From Phormidesmis sp. (GTDB taxonomy: Bacteria; Cyanobacteriota; Cyanobacteriia; Leptolyngbyales; Leptolyngbyaceae): DNA of 64,000 nucleotides. The notes below the pieces were generated by a model. That model did no database searches, had not been told where the DNA came from, and was given only the letters and a program-made list of their open reading frames with translations. Numbering within the stretch: the first letter of the stretch is position 1; every line of letters begins with the position of its first letter. The position numbers were made by a program, and so were the translations under genes. The stretch is taken from assembly GCA_965248535.1 (NCBI GenBank), contig CBDFJR010000002.1:2272001-2336000 (forward strand), read 5' to 3'. Positions 10,050 to 20,559 of the stretch are shown here, in pieces.

Positions 10050-10505
10050 TCAGCCTGGTTTTTCTGCTCTTAACACCCAGTTAGCAGGCTCTTTTAGCTC
10101 TTCTTGCTTGCCTTTGGTTAACAGCCAAAGCGCCGTTCGAGTTCTCAGGTGCCCGATCGCGATGCGCTCACCTGGCTGAATGCCGACTCCATAAGCAGAC
10201 TGATCAAGCATGGTGACCAGCCCGCAGTAAGAACTTGACCCATCAACTCTGACGGCAAAAAAGCGTTTTGCCTCATAGCCCGCTGGTAAAACAAAGACAC
10301 CATAGACGTTGTGGCGACCTTCCCAGGGTTCGACGATGATTTTAGAGGGGTGAATCTTTTCAGTCAGGGGATCAGAGGCCGTGATCGCACCCGCAGGGCA
10401 CCACGACAGAGTGCTCGGCTTGACTAAGAAGCGATCGCTGCGGGGCACTGCTAATGCAACTGTGATCAAGGTCAGCGTCAGTGCGATAAACCAGGTTCGT
10501 TTCAT
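10050..10505 (-). CDS. Hypothetical exported protein
   Basis: MKRTWFIALTLTLITVALA looks like a signal peptide; co-oriented downstream of the AAA-like gene. Confidence 0.7.
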   Translation of the reverse strand: MKRTWFIALTLTLITVALAVPRSDRFLVKPSTLSWCPAGAITASDPLTEKIHPSKIIVEPWEGRHNVYGVFVLPAGYEAKRFFAVRVDGSSSYCGLVTMLDQSAYGVGIQPGERIAIGHLRTRTALWLLTKGKQEELKEPANWVLRAEKPG

Positions 10506-10635
10506 TGCTTCAAGATCTGAGGTTGACTGAAAGCTGATCAAACACGCTTGTGTGCTCGACCCCATAAAACATCAGTTCTGCGGGTAGTATAGTATGCCCA
10601 TGTTTGAAAAGATGCTTAACCTGTTCACTAGTCTC

Positions 10636-12129
10636 CTAGCGCTGCACCCACTCTACCAGGGTCAAAATCCCTAGGGCAAAGCTGACTAAACCCCACAGAA
10701 GTCGCTGCTTTTTGACCTGGTTTAAGTCGTTGATGAGCGTGTTGATCTGGTGCCGCAATTGTGATTCGAGTTGTCTAGCCTGCTCTGCGGCCGTGGTTTG
10801 CTGGGCCTCTCGACGATCGAGATCTTGACTGGCGGTGAGAAACTGCCCATCTGCCTCGCTAAGACGCTTGCCTTTTGACCAGACTAAGACATCTTGCAAC
10901 GCCTGACCTCGCAGCAGCCAAGATTGATCTTGAGCATCTGATGCAACCCAAGCGTTGAGCGCCTGAGAATAGGGGCGAAGATTGTTCAGGTGTTTCTCGA
11001 CCCAAGCCTGATCAAACACGGCGGCATAAATCGGATTTTTGACTTGCAATGACCCCTGCGATTGATCGACTAATCCTGAAAGCAGGAGTTCCATTTCTTC
11101 AGACGTGCCGCTGTGGAAGGAGGCGGGGGAGTCAGCGTCTTGGTGAAGATTTTGCAAAATCTTTTGATAGCGCTCTAGAAGGCGACCCGCTTGAAGCTCG
11201 CTTTGCAAGAGGCGATCGCGGATGGTTCTCAAATGTTCTGGGTTGTCTTGGGTCTCCCAATGGTCGATGATTTGCGATCGCACCAGTTGCTCAACCCAAA
11301 AGGCTTCGGTGCCCGGTGGCAGGGTCAGGGTGCCTTTGACCGTTGACTGGCTCGATTGCACCACGCACTGACAGATTTTTTGCGTCAAAAACGGTTGTCC
11401 ACCCGTCCAGGCTAAAATCGCCCGCAGCACTGCCGAAGGGTTGTTGACCTTGCCCATCAGACCTTCTGACAACGGCGCAACCTCATAATCTTGAAAGCCT
11501 TGAAGCTCGATCGCTTGACCAATGTTAAACGGGGTGCGGCTGCGATCGCGGATCAGATCAGCCGGGGTTGCCACGCCAAAGACAGCCCAATTTAACCGAC
11601 AGTAGGCAGCGTTTTCGGCCCGGCGATCGTGGCCATAGCGAATCAGCGCAAAAAAATCATCGACCGCAAACGGCAGATTGAGAACGCAGTCAATTTCATC
11701 AATGAAAATGACGATCGCAGACTCAAGTTGCGCCAACAGCACCGTTTCTAAAAATTCTCCTAGACGGCAGGTGAGCGATAGATGCGAGTGGCTGCGCCAC
11801 CAAGTGCCTACATCAATATCGAGTCGAAAACTGCTCGCCAGAGAGGCCGTCAAGGAGGCATACCACTGCTCTGGGGTGGCTTGCTGGGTGCCGATCAGGG
11901 TCATATCGACGACTCCACACTGCACCCCAACGTCTTTGAGTCGGTGCATGGTTCTGACCCGCAGACTCGACTTGCCCATCTGTCGAGAGTTAAACACATA
12001 GCAAAGCTCTCCTGACTTGAGCGCTGTGTAGAGATCTAGGTCAGCTTGCCTGACAACATAGCTGGGGGCATTGTTGTTGAGGCTTCCACCCACTTGATAT
12101 TCGTAGTTAAACATCGAACTTTGATTCAT
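10636..12129 (-). CDS. AAA-like (AAA_35-type) P-loop NTPase with C-terminal coiled coil and TM helix
   Basis: YQVGGSL N-terminus, Walker [10 protein letters not shown], Walker [24 protein letters not shown]. Confidence 0.88.
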   Translation of the reverse strand: MNQSSMFNYEYQVGGSLNNNAPSYVVRQADLDLYTALKSGELCYVFNSRQMGKSSLRVRTMHRLKDVGVQCGVVDMTLIGTQQATPEQWYASLTASLASSFRLDIDVGTWWRSHSHLSLTCRLGEFLETVLLAQLESAIVIFIDEIDCVLNLPFAVDDFFALIRYGHDRRAENAAYCRLNWAVFGVATPADLIRDRSRTPFNIGQAIELQGFQDYEVAPLSEGLMGKVNNPSAVLRAILAWTGGQPFLTQKICQCVVQSSQSTVKGTLTLPPGTEAFWVEQLVRSQIIDHWETQDNPEHLRTIRDRLLQSELQAGRLLERYQKILQNLHQDADSPASFHSGTSEEMELLLSGLVDQSQGSLQVKNPIYAAVFDQAWVEKHLNNLRPYSQALNAWVASDAQDQSWLLRGQALQDVLVWSKGKRLSEADGQFLTASQDLDRREAQQTTAAEQARQLESQLRHQINTLINDLNQVKKQRLLWGLVSFALGILTLVEWVQR

Positions 12130-12167
12130 TGCAGAGGAGAGACGGGACGATCGCGGTATCTTCCTGT

Positions 12168-13421
12168 CTAGAGAGGTTTGCCTGAAAGGATGTGAAAGAG
12201 AAGTTGAATCAAAAAGCCCTCAGTCTTCATCTGCTGCTGAGAGGCGAGACCTTCAGCGTGTTTGCGATCGCTGATGTCTTTGAGTGTGCCTTCATAGTGC
12301 AGCGGGTTGCCTTGACCATCTTTCACCACTCGAACGTCTTCGCAAACCCAGATCACGGTGCCGTCTTGGCGATAAACTTGAGACTCAAAATCGCTAACTA
12401 CCCCAAACTGGTGAAGGTAGTTGATTAACTGCGATCGCCGCTTTGGGTTGACATAAAACTGCTCAGAGAGGTGGTCAATCTCGTGCAGCACCGCTTGCGG
12501 AGAGTCATAGCCCAAGAGTTGCGCGAGGGCAGGGTTAACCCGCAAAAATCGCCCGCTCGGAGTCGATTGAAAGAGAGCGATCGAGGCGTTTTCAAAAATG
12601 CTGCGATAGCTTTCTTCAACGGTTTGTTGGGTTTGAAGCTCTTGCTGGAGGCGAATGTTTTGGTCTTCTAATCGCTTTTGCAGGCTTCGCAGATTCAGTT
12701 GATGCTCGATTCTGGCCAGCACTTCTTCGGTCTGAAAGGGCTTTGTGATGTAGTCAACGCCGCCCAGATTAAAGCCTTTGACTTTATCTAAACTGTCTTC
12801 GATCGCGCTGATAAAAATAACCGGAATTCCTTTAGTCAAAGGGTTGGCTTTGAGTCGTTCGCACACTTCATAGCCGTCTACTCCCGGCATCATGATGTCG
12901 AGCAAAATGAGATCAGGCGCGATGATGTGAATTTGGTTAAGCGCCAAGCCACCGTCAAGGGCGCTACAGACTTCATAGCCCTGTTGAGTAAGCGCCTCAG
13001 AGAGAAACCGCAGCACGTCGGGGGTGTCATCAATAATCAAAATGGTGGCGTGAGGGTCAGACTGAGAGAGATTAAGCCCTAACAGGCGAAAAATTTCTTG
13101 CTCGGCATCTCGCAGATCTGGCAGGTGTTTGGCTCCTTGACTGCTGAGGGCTTGGTGCTGCATGACCCGTCGCTCTAGCTGCAAAACCGCAGAACTAGTG
13201 ACTCGATCGATTGCCTCTAAGTGAACAATTCCTAGACTCAAATCGCTTAGAAGACTGGCATCAATGTCTGCTTGACCCGATGCGATCGGAGTCAGACGAT
13301 CGAAGTTGTGGGCTAGCAGTTTGCGAACATAGTAAGCCGTGATCGGTGAAAGCGAGACGCTGGTTTCTCGCTGAGAGTGAGTCACCTGTAAATTCAAATC
13401 GTCAGCAATCATTCGGGACAC
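12168..13421 (-). CDS. Response regulator with receiver and PAS/PAC domains, no recognisable output domain
   Basis: Receiver IIDD, LLDIMMP, DYITKPF; PAS starting SIFENA; PAC ending DISDRK. Confidence 0.85.
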   Translation of the reverse strand: MSRMIADDLNLQVTHSQRETSVSLSPITAYYVRKLLAHNFDRLTPIASGQADIDASLLSDLSLGIVHLEAIDRVTSSAVLQLERRVMQHQALSSQGAKHLPDLRDAEQEIFRLLGLNLSQSDPHATILIIDDTPDVLRFLSEALTQQGYEVCSALDGGLALNQIHIIAPDLILLDIMMPGVDGYEVCERLKANPLTKGIPVIFISAIEDSLDKVKGFNLGGVDYITKPFQTEEVLARIEHQLNLRSLQKRLEDQNIRLQQELQTQQTVEESYRSIFENASIALFQSTPSGRFLRVNPALAQLLGYDSPQAVLHEIDHLSEQFYVNPKRRSQLINYLHQFGVVSDFESQVYRQDGTVIWVCEDVRVVKDGQGNPLHYEGTLKDISDRKHAEGLASQQQMKTEGFLIQLLFHILSGKPL

Positions 13422-13789
13422 CGCCTTTCGTGAAAAAGTTTAATTTGTGAAAAAATCTTAAATGAAACCGGGCAGCACCCACTCCTATTAATCTGCGATC
13501 GCTTTGGGGAATTTTAGGACTGTATCAATCCTTCAGGATTATAGATTTAGGTAAAACCAGAAGCTATCTCAAAGCATGGCACTGCTGGAGCCATTGCCTG
13601 TGTGAGAAACCGCTAGGATTTAATTTATACTCCCAAGTCTTTGATAGTCTATCAGGAACTCCAAACTTCGTGAATCTGACGCGCGCTTTTAAGGGTCAAC
13701 TTCATACACACTGAGCGATTCTTTAAACTGCTTCAAACGTTTAAAAGTGGGGTTGCTAGGTTGAGAGTTGCTCATGCCCGATCGCGTCA

Positions 13790-16700
13790 CTAGTGAGACT
13801 GAAAATGGAAATCTTGCACGGACTGCGTGAGGCTGATCACCACATCAAATCGAAAATTATTAACCGCATCACACAAGGCATGGGAGAGATCAAGATAGTC
13901 ATCTGGCAGTTGCTGAATTAAAGTGAGACAGCGATCGACGTTGAGGCGAGAAGCAGCCCCATAAAGATCAGCCACCCATTCACCCGGCATTGCTGTTTGC
14001 AGCGTCTCAAAAGCGGTCGCGATCGTTTGGGCTGATGCGTCAACCGCCTCTAATTGATGAGCGTGATGGTCGGTCGGTTGAGCCTCGTCATAGACATAGA
14101 GCACTTTGAGGTGACGAGCGATCGTGCTCAACAACTGGTCTTCTCGAAAGGGCTTATATAAAACATCGTCACAGCCAATGGCTAGACGGGTGCCGCGATC
14201 GTCTTCAAAGGCGCTAGCAGTCAAGGCAATAATTTTAGTCGAGAGCAAGGGCGTTGATGATTTTCGCCGTTTTTTAACCGTTTTCTGCTGCTGGTGTTCT
14301 AGCTGTCTAATCTGCTGAGTCGCTTCATAGCCATCCATTTCTGGCATGCGCTGATCCATCAAAATTAGGTGGGGGTGCCAGTGCTGCCAGTGATCGATCG
14401 CCTGTTGACCATCGGCGACTGACTGCACATCAAACCCGCGATCGCTGAGTAGCTGCACCAATAGCGATCGCGCATCTTCAGTGTCTTCAACCACCAAAAT
14501 TCGATAGGTTTCTTGGTGGGGCTGCAACCCGATGACCTGGGGAAGTTGAGGCACCAGCGTCGGAAACCAGATCGGCGTAACGGGCAGATCAACCGTGAAT
14601 TGAGTGCCGTGCCCGATCGTGCTGCTGACGCTAATGTGTCCGCCCATCAATTCAACAAACTGACGGCTGATGGCTAACCCTAACCCGGTGCCCTTGTTAG
14701 ACTTTCGACCCGTCTCGGTTTGCACAAACGCATCAAAGACGCTATCGAGTTCTTGAGGGGCAATGCCTGGCCCGGTGTCGGCCACCTCAAAGCGCAGGGT
14801 GATAGAGGGCGAGTCAGTTGAGTCTGAGCAGTCGAGGCAAGAAGCCCGTAGGGTAATGCTGCCGCAGTGGGCGCTGTCATGAGCCGGAGAATCGGTAAAC
14901 TTGATCGCGTTGCCCAACAGATTCATCAACACTTGGCGAAGTTTATTTTCGTCGGTTTCGACCAGGTTAGGCAGATTGGGGTGACGATCGTAGACAAACC
15001 GCAGCCCCTTTGAAGCCACCGGAAGCCGAAACATTTCTACCACATTTTCGAGCAGTCTTGGCAGGTTGACCTCTACCAGGCTGAGACTGGCTGCCCCGGC
15101 TTCGATTTTTGAGAGTTCTAACACGTTGTTGATCAGGTTCAAAAGATGCTGAACGCTGCGATCGATCGTGGTTAATCGCGATCGCTGTTTTGGGGTGATC
15201 GTCTTGTCAGACTCTAGCAATTCACTACAGCCGAGAATAATCGCCAGCGGCGTTCGCAACTCGTGATTCATGTTGGCTAAAAACGCACTTTTGGCGAGAT
15301 TTGCGGTCTCTGCGGCCTCTTTGGCTTGCTGAAGCTCTGCGGCGCGCTGCTTGCGCTCGGTCACATCTCGCATTGAGCCAGTCATCCGCACGGGTTTGCC
15401 CTGCTGATCCCAGAGGGCAGTCCCTCGTGACTCGCACCATTTGTAGGTGCCATCTTTGCACAGCACCCGATATTCATTGGAATAATGGGGCAATTTTTGT
15501 TCTAAATAAGCCTGATTAGCCGCCAGAAAACTCTCTAGATCATCGGCGTGAATGAGCGCAAAAAAGTTGTCGTTGTCCGGGCCAATTTCTGCTTCTGTAT
15601 AGCCGAGCATGTCGTACCACCGTTGAGAACAAAATCTGTGGTTGGTGATCAGATTCACATCCCAAATGCCGTCGTTATTGGCGTTGAGAACGAGTTGCAG
15701 GCGTTCTTCGCTAGCTTGCAGCGCCGCTTCTGTCTGCTTGCGTTCGTCTTCGATGCGGACGCGATCGGTAATGTCAACGCTGACAACAGTTACCACCCAG
15801 CCCTGAGTGGAGTCGTCATAGCGAGAGGTGTAGGTGCTGGAAATCCACCTCAGAGAGTGGTCTTTGTGATAAAACTCATACTCAACGGTGCCGGGTCGTC
15901 CACTAAAAATCACTTGATGCACTTGGGCGAGCACCCGCGATCGCTCTTTGAGCCGAGTTGCCCACCTGTCTGGATTGTGAAGATATTCTTCGACGGTGTA
16001 GCCAAACACGGTCGTCGCCCCGGCCGAGCGGTAGTCAAACTGCCAAGACTGGTCAGGCAAGATGCGAAAACTGGCGATCGCGGCCCCAGCACTATTGAGA
16101 ATGTCGTTGAGTTTAGCTTCAGAGCGTTGCAGCGCTTCTTCGGCCTGTTTTAAGTCGGTGATATCCAGTTCGATGCCGTCCCAGATCATGCGACCATCGT
16201 CTAGGCGACGGGGGGCCGATCGAAAGTGTGACCATCGCCATTCGCCTCGACTGTTGAGTCTGCGAACTTGGGCATCAAACACAGAGAGATTTTGCATTGA
16301 TGACTCGATCGTCTGCTTTAATCGAGCCAGATCGTCGGCTAAAAATTGGTCATAGAAAATTTGAGCATTTTCCAAAACAGCTTGGGGCTTGAGTCCTGAG
16401 ATCTGCTCAATGCCTGCGCTGACATAGGAAAAGTGATAAGTTTCATCTAGTTCACGCACCACTTGATAGATCATGCCCTTCGGCAGGTTATCTCCGATCG
16501 AACTCAGCATGGCTTCTCGTTCGGCAAGGGCCAGTTCGGCATGTTTGCGTTTGGTGATGTCGGTGGCCGTGCCGATGATGCGATAGATCTGCGATCGCTC
16601 GTCTCGCAGCGGGGTCAGGGTGGTTAACGTCCATCGCTGTTGCCCTTGAAAGGGTAAACACTCTTCATAGGTGCGACTGGTGCCCCTCTCAATGCAGGTG

Positions 16701-17746
16701 CGATAGTTTTCTCGAATCGCGGCGGCAGCATCGGGGGGAAAAATTTCTCCGATCGTTTTGTTTTTGATCTCGCCAGGTTTGAATCCGGCGAGTCGCTCAC
16801 AGACAGGATTTGCCCCCGCCAGAGCAAAGTCGCCATCGGCTTGAATATCGATCACCCAGATCGACTGCTCAACGCCTTCATAGATGCCGCGCAAAAACTG
16901 CTCTTTTTCTAACAGGGCCAGGCTCGATCGCTTGGTTTCGGTGATGTCTTGTGCCATTGCCAGCAGACACTGAGCGCCCTCTAGCTCAATGATCTCTGAG
17001 GAGATCAAAACAAACTTAATCTCCCCAGATTTGCCTTGAACCTGAAACTCTTGATTTTTAAAAGTGCCCGATGGTGGGCGATCGTGAAAGCGATCGCGCT
17101 CTGCTGAGTTCTTCCAGAGGTTGAGTTCGTCGGCTGTTTTGCCCAACACCTCTTCAGGGAGGTAGCCCGTGAGGGTGCAAAAGCTTTGATTAATTTCTAG
17201 AAAGCGGTGATCTTCTAGGGTGGTGATCATCATCGCGCCAGGGTTTGAGCGAAAGGCTTTAGAGAATTTGATCTCTGAGGTTCGCAGCGCTGACTGCACC
17301 AGTTCTCGCGATCGGATCTCGTCTTGCAGCAGATGATTTTGTTCTTCAAGCTGTTTGCTTAGGTGACTGAGCCGCAGATGCACGTTAATGCGAGCCAACA
17401 CTTCTTCATGCTGAATCGGTTTGGTAATGTAATCAACCGCTCCGATCGACAGCCCTCTAATTTTGTCGATCGGGTCAGTGAGCGCCGTCATAAAAATAAC
17501 CGGAATATCTCGCGTGACTTCTGACGCTTTGAGTTGCTGACAGATTTCAAACCCGTCGAGCACTGGCATCAGCACATCTAGCAAAATCAGATCGGGAATG
17601 ACTCGCTGGAGTTTTTGCAGCGCGCTGCTGCCGTTTTTGGCGATCAGCACTTCAAACCCGTAGGCAATCAACAGATCGGATAAAACTTTAAGATTGGTGG
17701 GGTGGTCATCAACAATCAGAATCCGAGATTTTTTAGAGGTTGTCAT
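13790..17746 (-). CDS. Hybrid histidine kinase (REC, several PAS, HisKA, HATPase, REC)
   Basis: [32 protein letters not shown]; about five PAS/PAC repeats; two receiver domains. Confidence 0.93.
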   Translation of the reverse strand: MTTSKKSRILIVDDHPTNLKVLSDLLIAYGFEVLIAKNGSSALQKLQRVIPDLILLDVLMPVLDGFEICQQLKASEVTRDIPVIFMTALTDPIDKIRGLSIGAVDYITKPIQHEEVLARINVHLRLSHLSKQLEEQNHLLQDEIRSRELVQSALRTSEIKFSKAFRSNPGAMMITTLEDHRFLEINQSFCTLTGYLPEEVLGKTADELNLWKNSAERDRFHDRPPSGTFKNQEFQVQGKSGEIKFVLISSEIIELEGAQCLLAMAQDITETKRSSLALLEKEQFLRGIYEGVEQSIWVIDIQADGDFALAGANPVCERLAGFKPGEIKNKTIGEIFPPDAAAAIRENYRTCIERGTSRTYEECLPFQGQQRWTLTTLTPLRDERSQIYRIIGTATDITKRKHAELALAEREAMLSSIGDNLPKGMIYQVVRELDETYHFSYVSAGIEQISGLKPQAVLENAQIFYDQFLADDLARLKQTIESSMQNLSVFDAQVRRLNSRGEWRWSHFRSAPRRLDDGRMIWDGIELDITDLKQAEEALQRSEAKLNDILNSAGAAIASFRILPDQSWQFDYRSAGATTVFGYTVEEYLHNPDRWATRLKERSRVLAQVHQVIFSGRPGTVEYEFYHKDHSLRWISSTYTSRYDDSTQGWVVTVVSVDITDRVRIEDERKQTEAALQASEERLQLVLNANNDGIWDVNLITNHRFCSQRWYDMLGYTEAEIGPDNDNFFALIHADDLESFLAANQAYLEQKLPHYSNEYRVLCKDGTYKWCESRGTALWDQQGKPVRMTGSMRDVTERKQRAAELQQAKEAAETANLAKSAFLANMNHELRTPLAIILGCSELLESDKTITPKQRSRLTTIDRSVQHLLNLINNVLELSKIEAGAASLSLVEVNLPRLLENVVEMFRLPVASKGLRFVYDRHPNLPNLVETDENKLRQVLMNLLGNAIKFTDSPAHDSAHCGSITLRASCLDCSDSTDSPSITLRFEVADTGPGIAPQELDSVFDAFVQTETGRKSNKGTGLGLAISRQFVELMGGHISVSSTIGHGTQFTVDLPVTPIWFPTLVPQLPQVIGLQPHQETYRILVVEDTEDARSLLVQLLSDRGFDVQSVADGQQAIDHWQHWHPHLILMDQRMPEMDGYEATQQIRQLEHQQQKTVKKRRKSSTPLLSTKIIALTASAFEDDRGTRLAIGCDDVLYKPFREDQLLSTIARHLKVLYVYDEAQPTDHHAHQLEAVDASAQTIATAFETLQTAMPGEWVADLYGAASRLNVDRCLTLIQQLPDDYLDLSHALCDAVNNFRFDVVISLTQSVQDFHFQSH

Positions 17747-17810
17747 ACCCGTTTGATTTATGAACGTGACCGATCGCCAGGAGTGTGCTGCCGCCAGAGG
17801 TTTTCAGCTT

Positions 17811-19751
17811 TTAGCCTTTTTTAACATAGTGCTCTAGAAATTCCGTAATCTCCACATCATCAAAATGCTCGGCTAGCGTCAGCAGTTTGGCTGCAAACCC
17901 ATGATAGAGGGGCGATAGTGCCTTTAGCCGCAGAGCTTCTTGAGTGATGCGGGCAATGTGGCCAATCTGGGCCGCCTGATAAAGCAAGACTAGCACTTCG
18001 GGCGGGGGAGCCACGATCGCGTCCGTTGCGCTTGAGGCGATCGCAGGCGTTTGCCCACTCCAAGTCAACTTAAGATGGCGCTGAAGCAAGACTAACAACT
18101 CGTCTAGCTGAATCGGTTTAGCCAAAAAGTCTTGATAGCCTGCGATTTGACATCGCTGGCGATCGGCTTGTGACACGCTAGCGGTTGAGGCGATGACGGG
18201 AATGGGGCGCGATCGTGGATCAGTTTGAAGCTGACGAATTAACTCAAAGCCATCCATCTTAGGCATGGCAAGGTCAGAAATGATCAGATCAGGCGACTGA
18301 GCTAGGGTGATGTCTAGCCCGATTTGCCCATTGCTGGCTTCGAGGAGTTGAAACCCGATCGGAGTAAGCATATCGACCAGCACCGCCCGATTGTCGGGCA
18401 GATCATCAATCACCAAAATGGTTTTGGGCGGGCCCTGATAGCCTGTGATCGTCTGACTGGGCAGCGGCGGGGTGGGCGCGATCGCGGCACTCACGGCGGG
18501 CAGAGCGATCGTAAACCAAAATCGGCTCCCCTGGTTGAGATGGCTCTCAACTTGCAGCGCGCCACCCATAAGAGAAACGAGCTTTTGCGTGATCGAGAGT
18601 CCTAGCCCGGTGCCGTCTGGCTGAGACTGATCGCCCGCTTGCTCAAAGGGCAAAAAGATGCGATCGAGCGATTCATCCGCGATGCCAATGCCCGTGTCTT
18701 TAACACAAAACGAAACATGATGAGAATCACTACCGACAACTTTTAAGTTAACGCAGCCGCGATCGGTAAATTTAATCGCATTACCCAGCAGATTAAACAA
18801 AATTTGTCGCAATCGCTTTTGATCGGCCGTGACCACTTGCGGAATCTGTCCGTCAGTTTCTAAGGCAAAGGCGATGCCTTTTTGGTCGGCTTTGGGCTGA
18901 AAGAAATTGACTAGATCAGTTAAAAAGACATCAAACGCAAACGCTTGGGGCACCAATTCCAGCTTTTGGGCTTCGATCTTAGACAGATCCAAAATATCGT
19001 TGATTAACGTCAGCAGATGGGTGCCGCTTTGATGAATGACTCGAATGCCATCTTTGAGCCTGGGTGCGTGGACAGTGGAGTCTGCCCCGATCGCCTCATC
19101 TCGCATCAAAATTTGGCTATAGCCCAGAATGCCGTTGAGAGGCGTTCTCAACTCGTGACTCATGTTGGCTAAAAACGTGCTTTTAGCCTGGTTTGCAACT
19201 TCTGCGGACTCTTTGGCGTGCTGAAGCTGTTGATTGACCGCCACCAGTTGAGCCGTGCGATCGCTGACCTTTTGTTCTAAAGAGGCGTTGAGGTGGGCGA
19301 GTTCTTGATTGACGCGCTGAAGCTGCTGATTTTGTTGAGCAAGCTGCTGATCTTGCACATAGCGCCGCAGGGCTTCGGTGACGGTCAAACTCAGATCGGT
19401 TTGATCCCACGGTTTGGCAATATAGCGATAGAGTCGGGCGTGGTTGACCGCGTTGCCCACGGCTTCGGCGCTAGCTTGCCCCGTAAGCAGAATTTTGAGC
19501 GTGTTGGGAGAGCGATCGTGGACTTGAATCAAAAACTCATCGCCCTTCATGCCCGGCATAATTTGGTCAGAAATCACCAGTGCCACCTCGATCTGATCGT
19601 CCTGTAGCTCTTGAATAATCTCTAGCGCGTCTTCACTGCTCTCGGCAATTTCAATATAAAAATCTTTGCCAAAGGGACGCTTGAGTTGCTCTTTGAGGCT
19701 CTCTAAAACGACTTCTTCGTCATCCACACAGAGAATCGCTAGCTTGGGCAT
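17811..19751 (-). CDS. Hybrid histidine kinase (REC-HisKA-HATPase-REC)
   Basis: SDQIMP receiver, [22 protein letters not shown], and a second receiver SDLAMP. Confidence 0.93.
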   Translation of the reverse strand: MPKLAILCVDDEEVVLESLKEQLKRPFGKDFYIEIAESSEDALEIIQELQDDQIEVALVISDQIMPGMKGDEFLIQVHDRSPNTLKILLTGQASAEAVGNAVNHARLYRYIAKPWDQTDLSLTVTEALRRYVQDQQLAQQNQQLQRVNQELAHLNASLEQKVSDRTAQLVAVNQQLQHAKESAEVANQAKSTFLANMSHELRTPLNGILGYSQILMRDEAIGADSTVHAPRLKDGIRVIHQSGTHLLTLINDILDLSKIEAQKLELVPQAFAFDVFLTDLVNFFQPKADQKGIAFALETDGQIPQVVTADQKRLRQILFNLLGNAIKFTDRGCVNLKVVGSDSHHVSFCVKDTGIGIADESLDRIFLPFEQAGDQSQPDGTGLGLSITQKLVSLMGGALQVESHLNQGSRFWFTIALPAVSAAIAPTPPLPSQTITGYQGPPKTILVIDDLPDNRAVLVDMLTPIGFQLLEASNGQIGLDITLAQSPDLIISDLAMPKMDGFELIRQLQTDPRSRPIPVIASTASVSQADRQRCQIAGYQDFLAKPIQLDELLVLLQRHLKLTWSGQTPAIASSATDAIVAPPPEVLVLLYQAAQIGHIARITQEALRLKALSPLYHGFAAKLLTLAEHFDDVEITEFLEHYVKKG

Positions 19752-19787
19752 GGGTCGGGGGTCAAAGGTGGGAATAAACCTATTTTC

Positions 19788-20177
19788 TCACGCCAGACCT
19801 GAAAGGATCGTGTTTGCCAATTCTTCTTCACTCCAGGGTTTATGGAGACAGCGATATAAGTTGGCAGACTTTTGGGCCCGATCGATCGCGGCTTGGTCGG
19901 CTTGCCCAGTTAACAAAACGGTGACGATTTTAGGATATTTTTGATGCACTTGGGTTAGAAATTCATCGCCCTTCATGCCTGGCATGAGCCAGTCTGAGAC
20001 GATAATCAACACCTCGACGTTTTCTGCTACCAGATCTTCTAAGACTTCCCACGCTTCGCTGGCATCGCTGGCACCTTCGTAGAGATAATTTTGACCCAAT
20101 CGGCGTTTTAGCTGCTCTTTGAGGGTTTCTAAAATGATCGCTTCGTCGTCAACACAGAGAATCGCTTTGCTAGACAT
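19788..20177 (-). CDS. Single-domain response regulator
   Basis: VDDE, SDWLMP, LTG and KPW motifs; closely resembles the N-terminal receiver of the next gene. Confidence 0.92.
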   Translation of the reverse strand: MSSKAILCVDDEAIILETLKEQLKRRLGQNYLYEGASDASEAWEVLEDLVAENVEVLIIVSDWLMPGMKGDEFLTQVHQKYPKIVTVLLTGQADQAAIDRAQKSANLYRCLHKPWSEEELANTILSGLA

Positions 20178-20254
20178 AGAAGAGTGACCACAGGGATTGA
20201 CACCAGCATACAGAAGACGATCGGTGGATGGGCCACGATGGAGAATTTATCTCG

Positions 20255-20382
20255 CACCCTGTACGGGCCCGGCATCGCCACACCCCATACGGGCATGGCA
20301 TTGCCACACCCCGTACGGCCCGGCATCGCCACACCCCGTACGGCCCGGCATCGCCACACCCTGTACGGGCATGGCATTGCCG
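20255..20382. repeat. Tandem array of five 25-26 bp REP-like units
   Basis: Units start at 20255, 20281, 20307, 20332 and 20357; consensus approximately CACCCYGTACGG(G)CMYGGCATYGCCA. Confidence 0.9.
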
Positions 20383-20534
20383 TGCCCCGACACACGGATG
20401 GATTTATCGCACGCTCCGAACCACGGATTTGTTGCACGACGTGCTTCGGTATACGGATTTGTCGTATACATTTCGTAGGGTGATGGTGCGTGGTTTGTGC
20501 CCCGGTATGCGGATTTGTTTTACGCGTGGGTGAA

Positions 20535-20559
20535 GGGCACGGCATTGCCGTGCCCCTAC
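20535..20559. repeat. REP-like palindrome GGGCACGGCATTGCCGTGCCCCTAC
   Basis: Perfect arms GGGCACGGCA/TGCCGTGCCC followed by CTAC. It overlaps the kinase stop codon at 20556-20558. Confidence 0.85.

Noticed and set aside
15548..16153. 201-aa plus-strand ORF and other antisense ORFs within long genes
   Set aside because: They are shadow ORFs of well-supported opposite-strand genes and have no recognisable motifs.
20255..20523. CRISPR array
   Set aside because: Units are directly tandem with no unique spacers, the later motifs are too short and degenerate, and no cas genes are present.
20129..20545. Overlapping 74-138 aa ORFs on both strands
   Set aside because: These are by-products of GC-rich, stop-poor repeats; mixed 25/26-bp units do not preserve frame.
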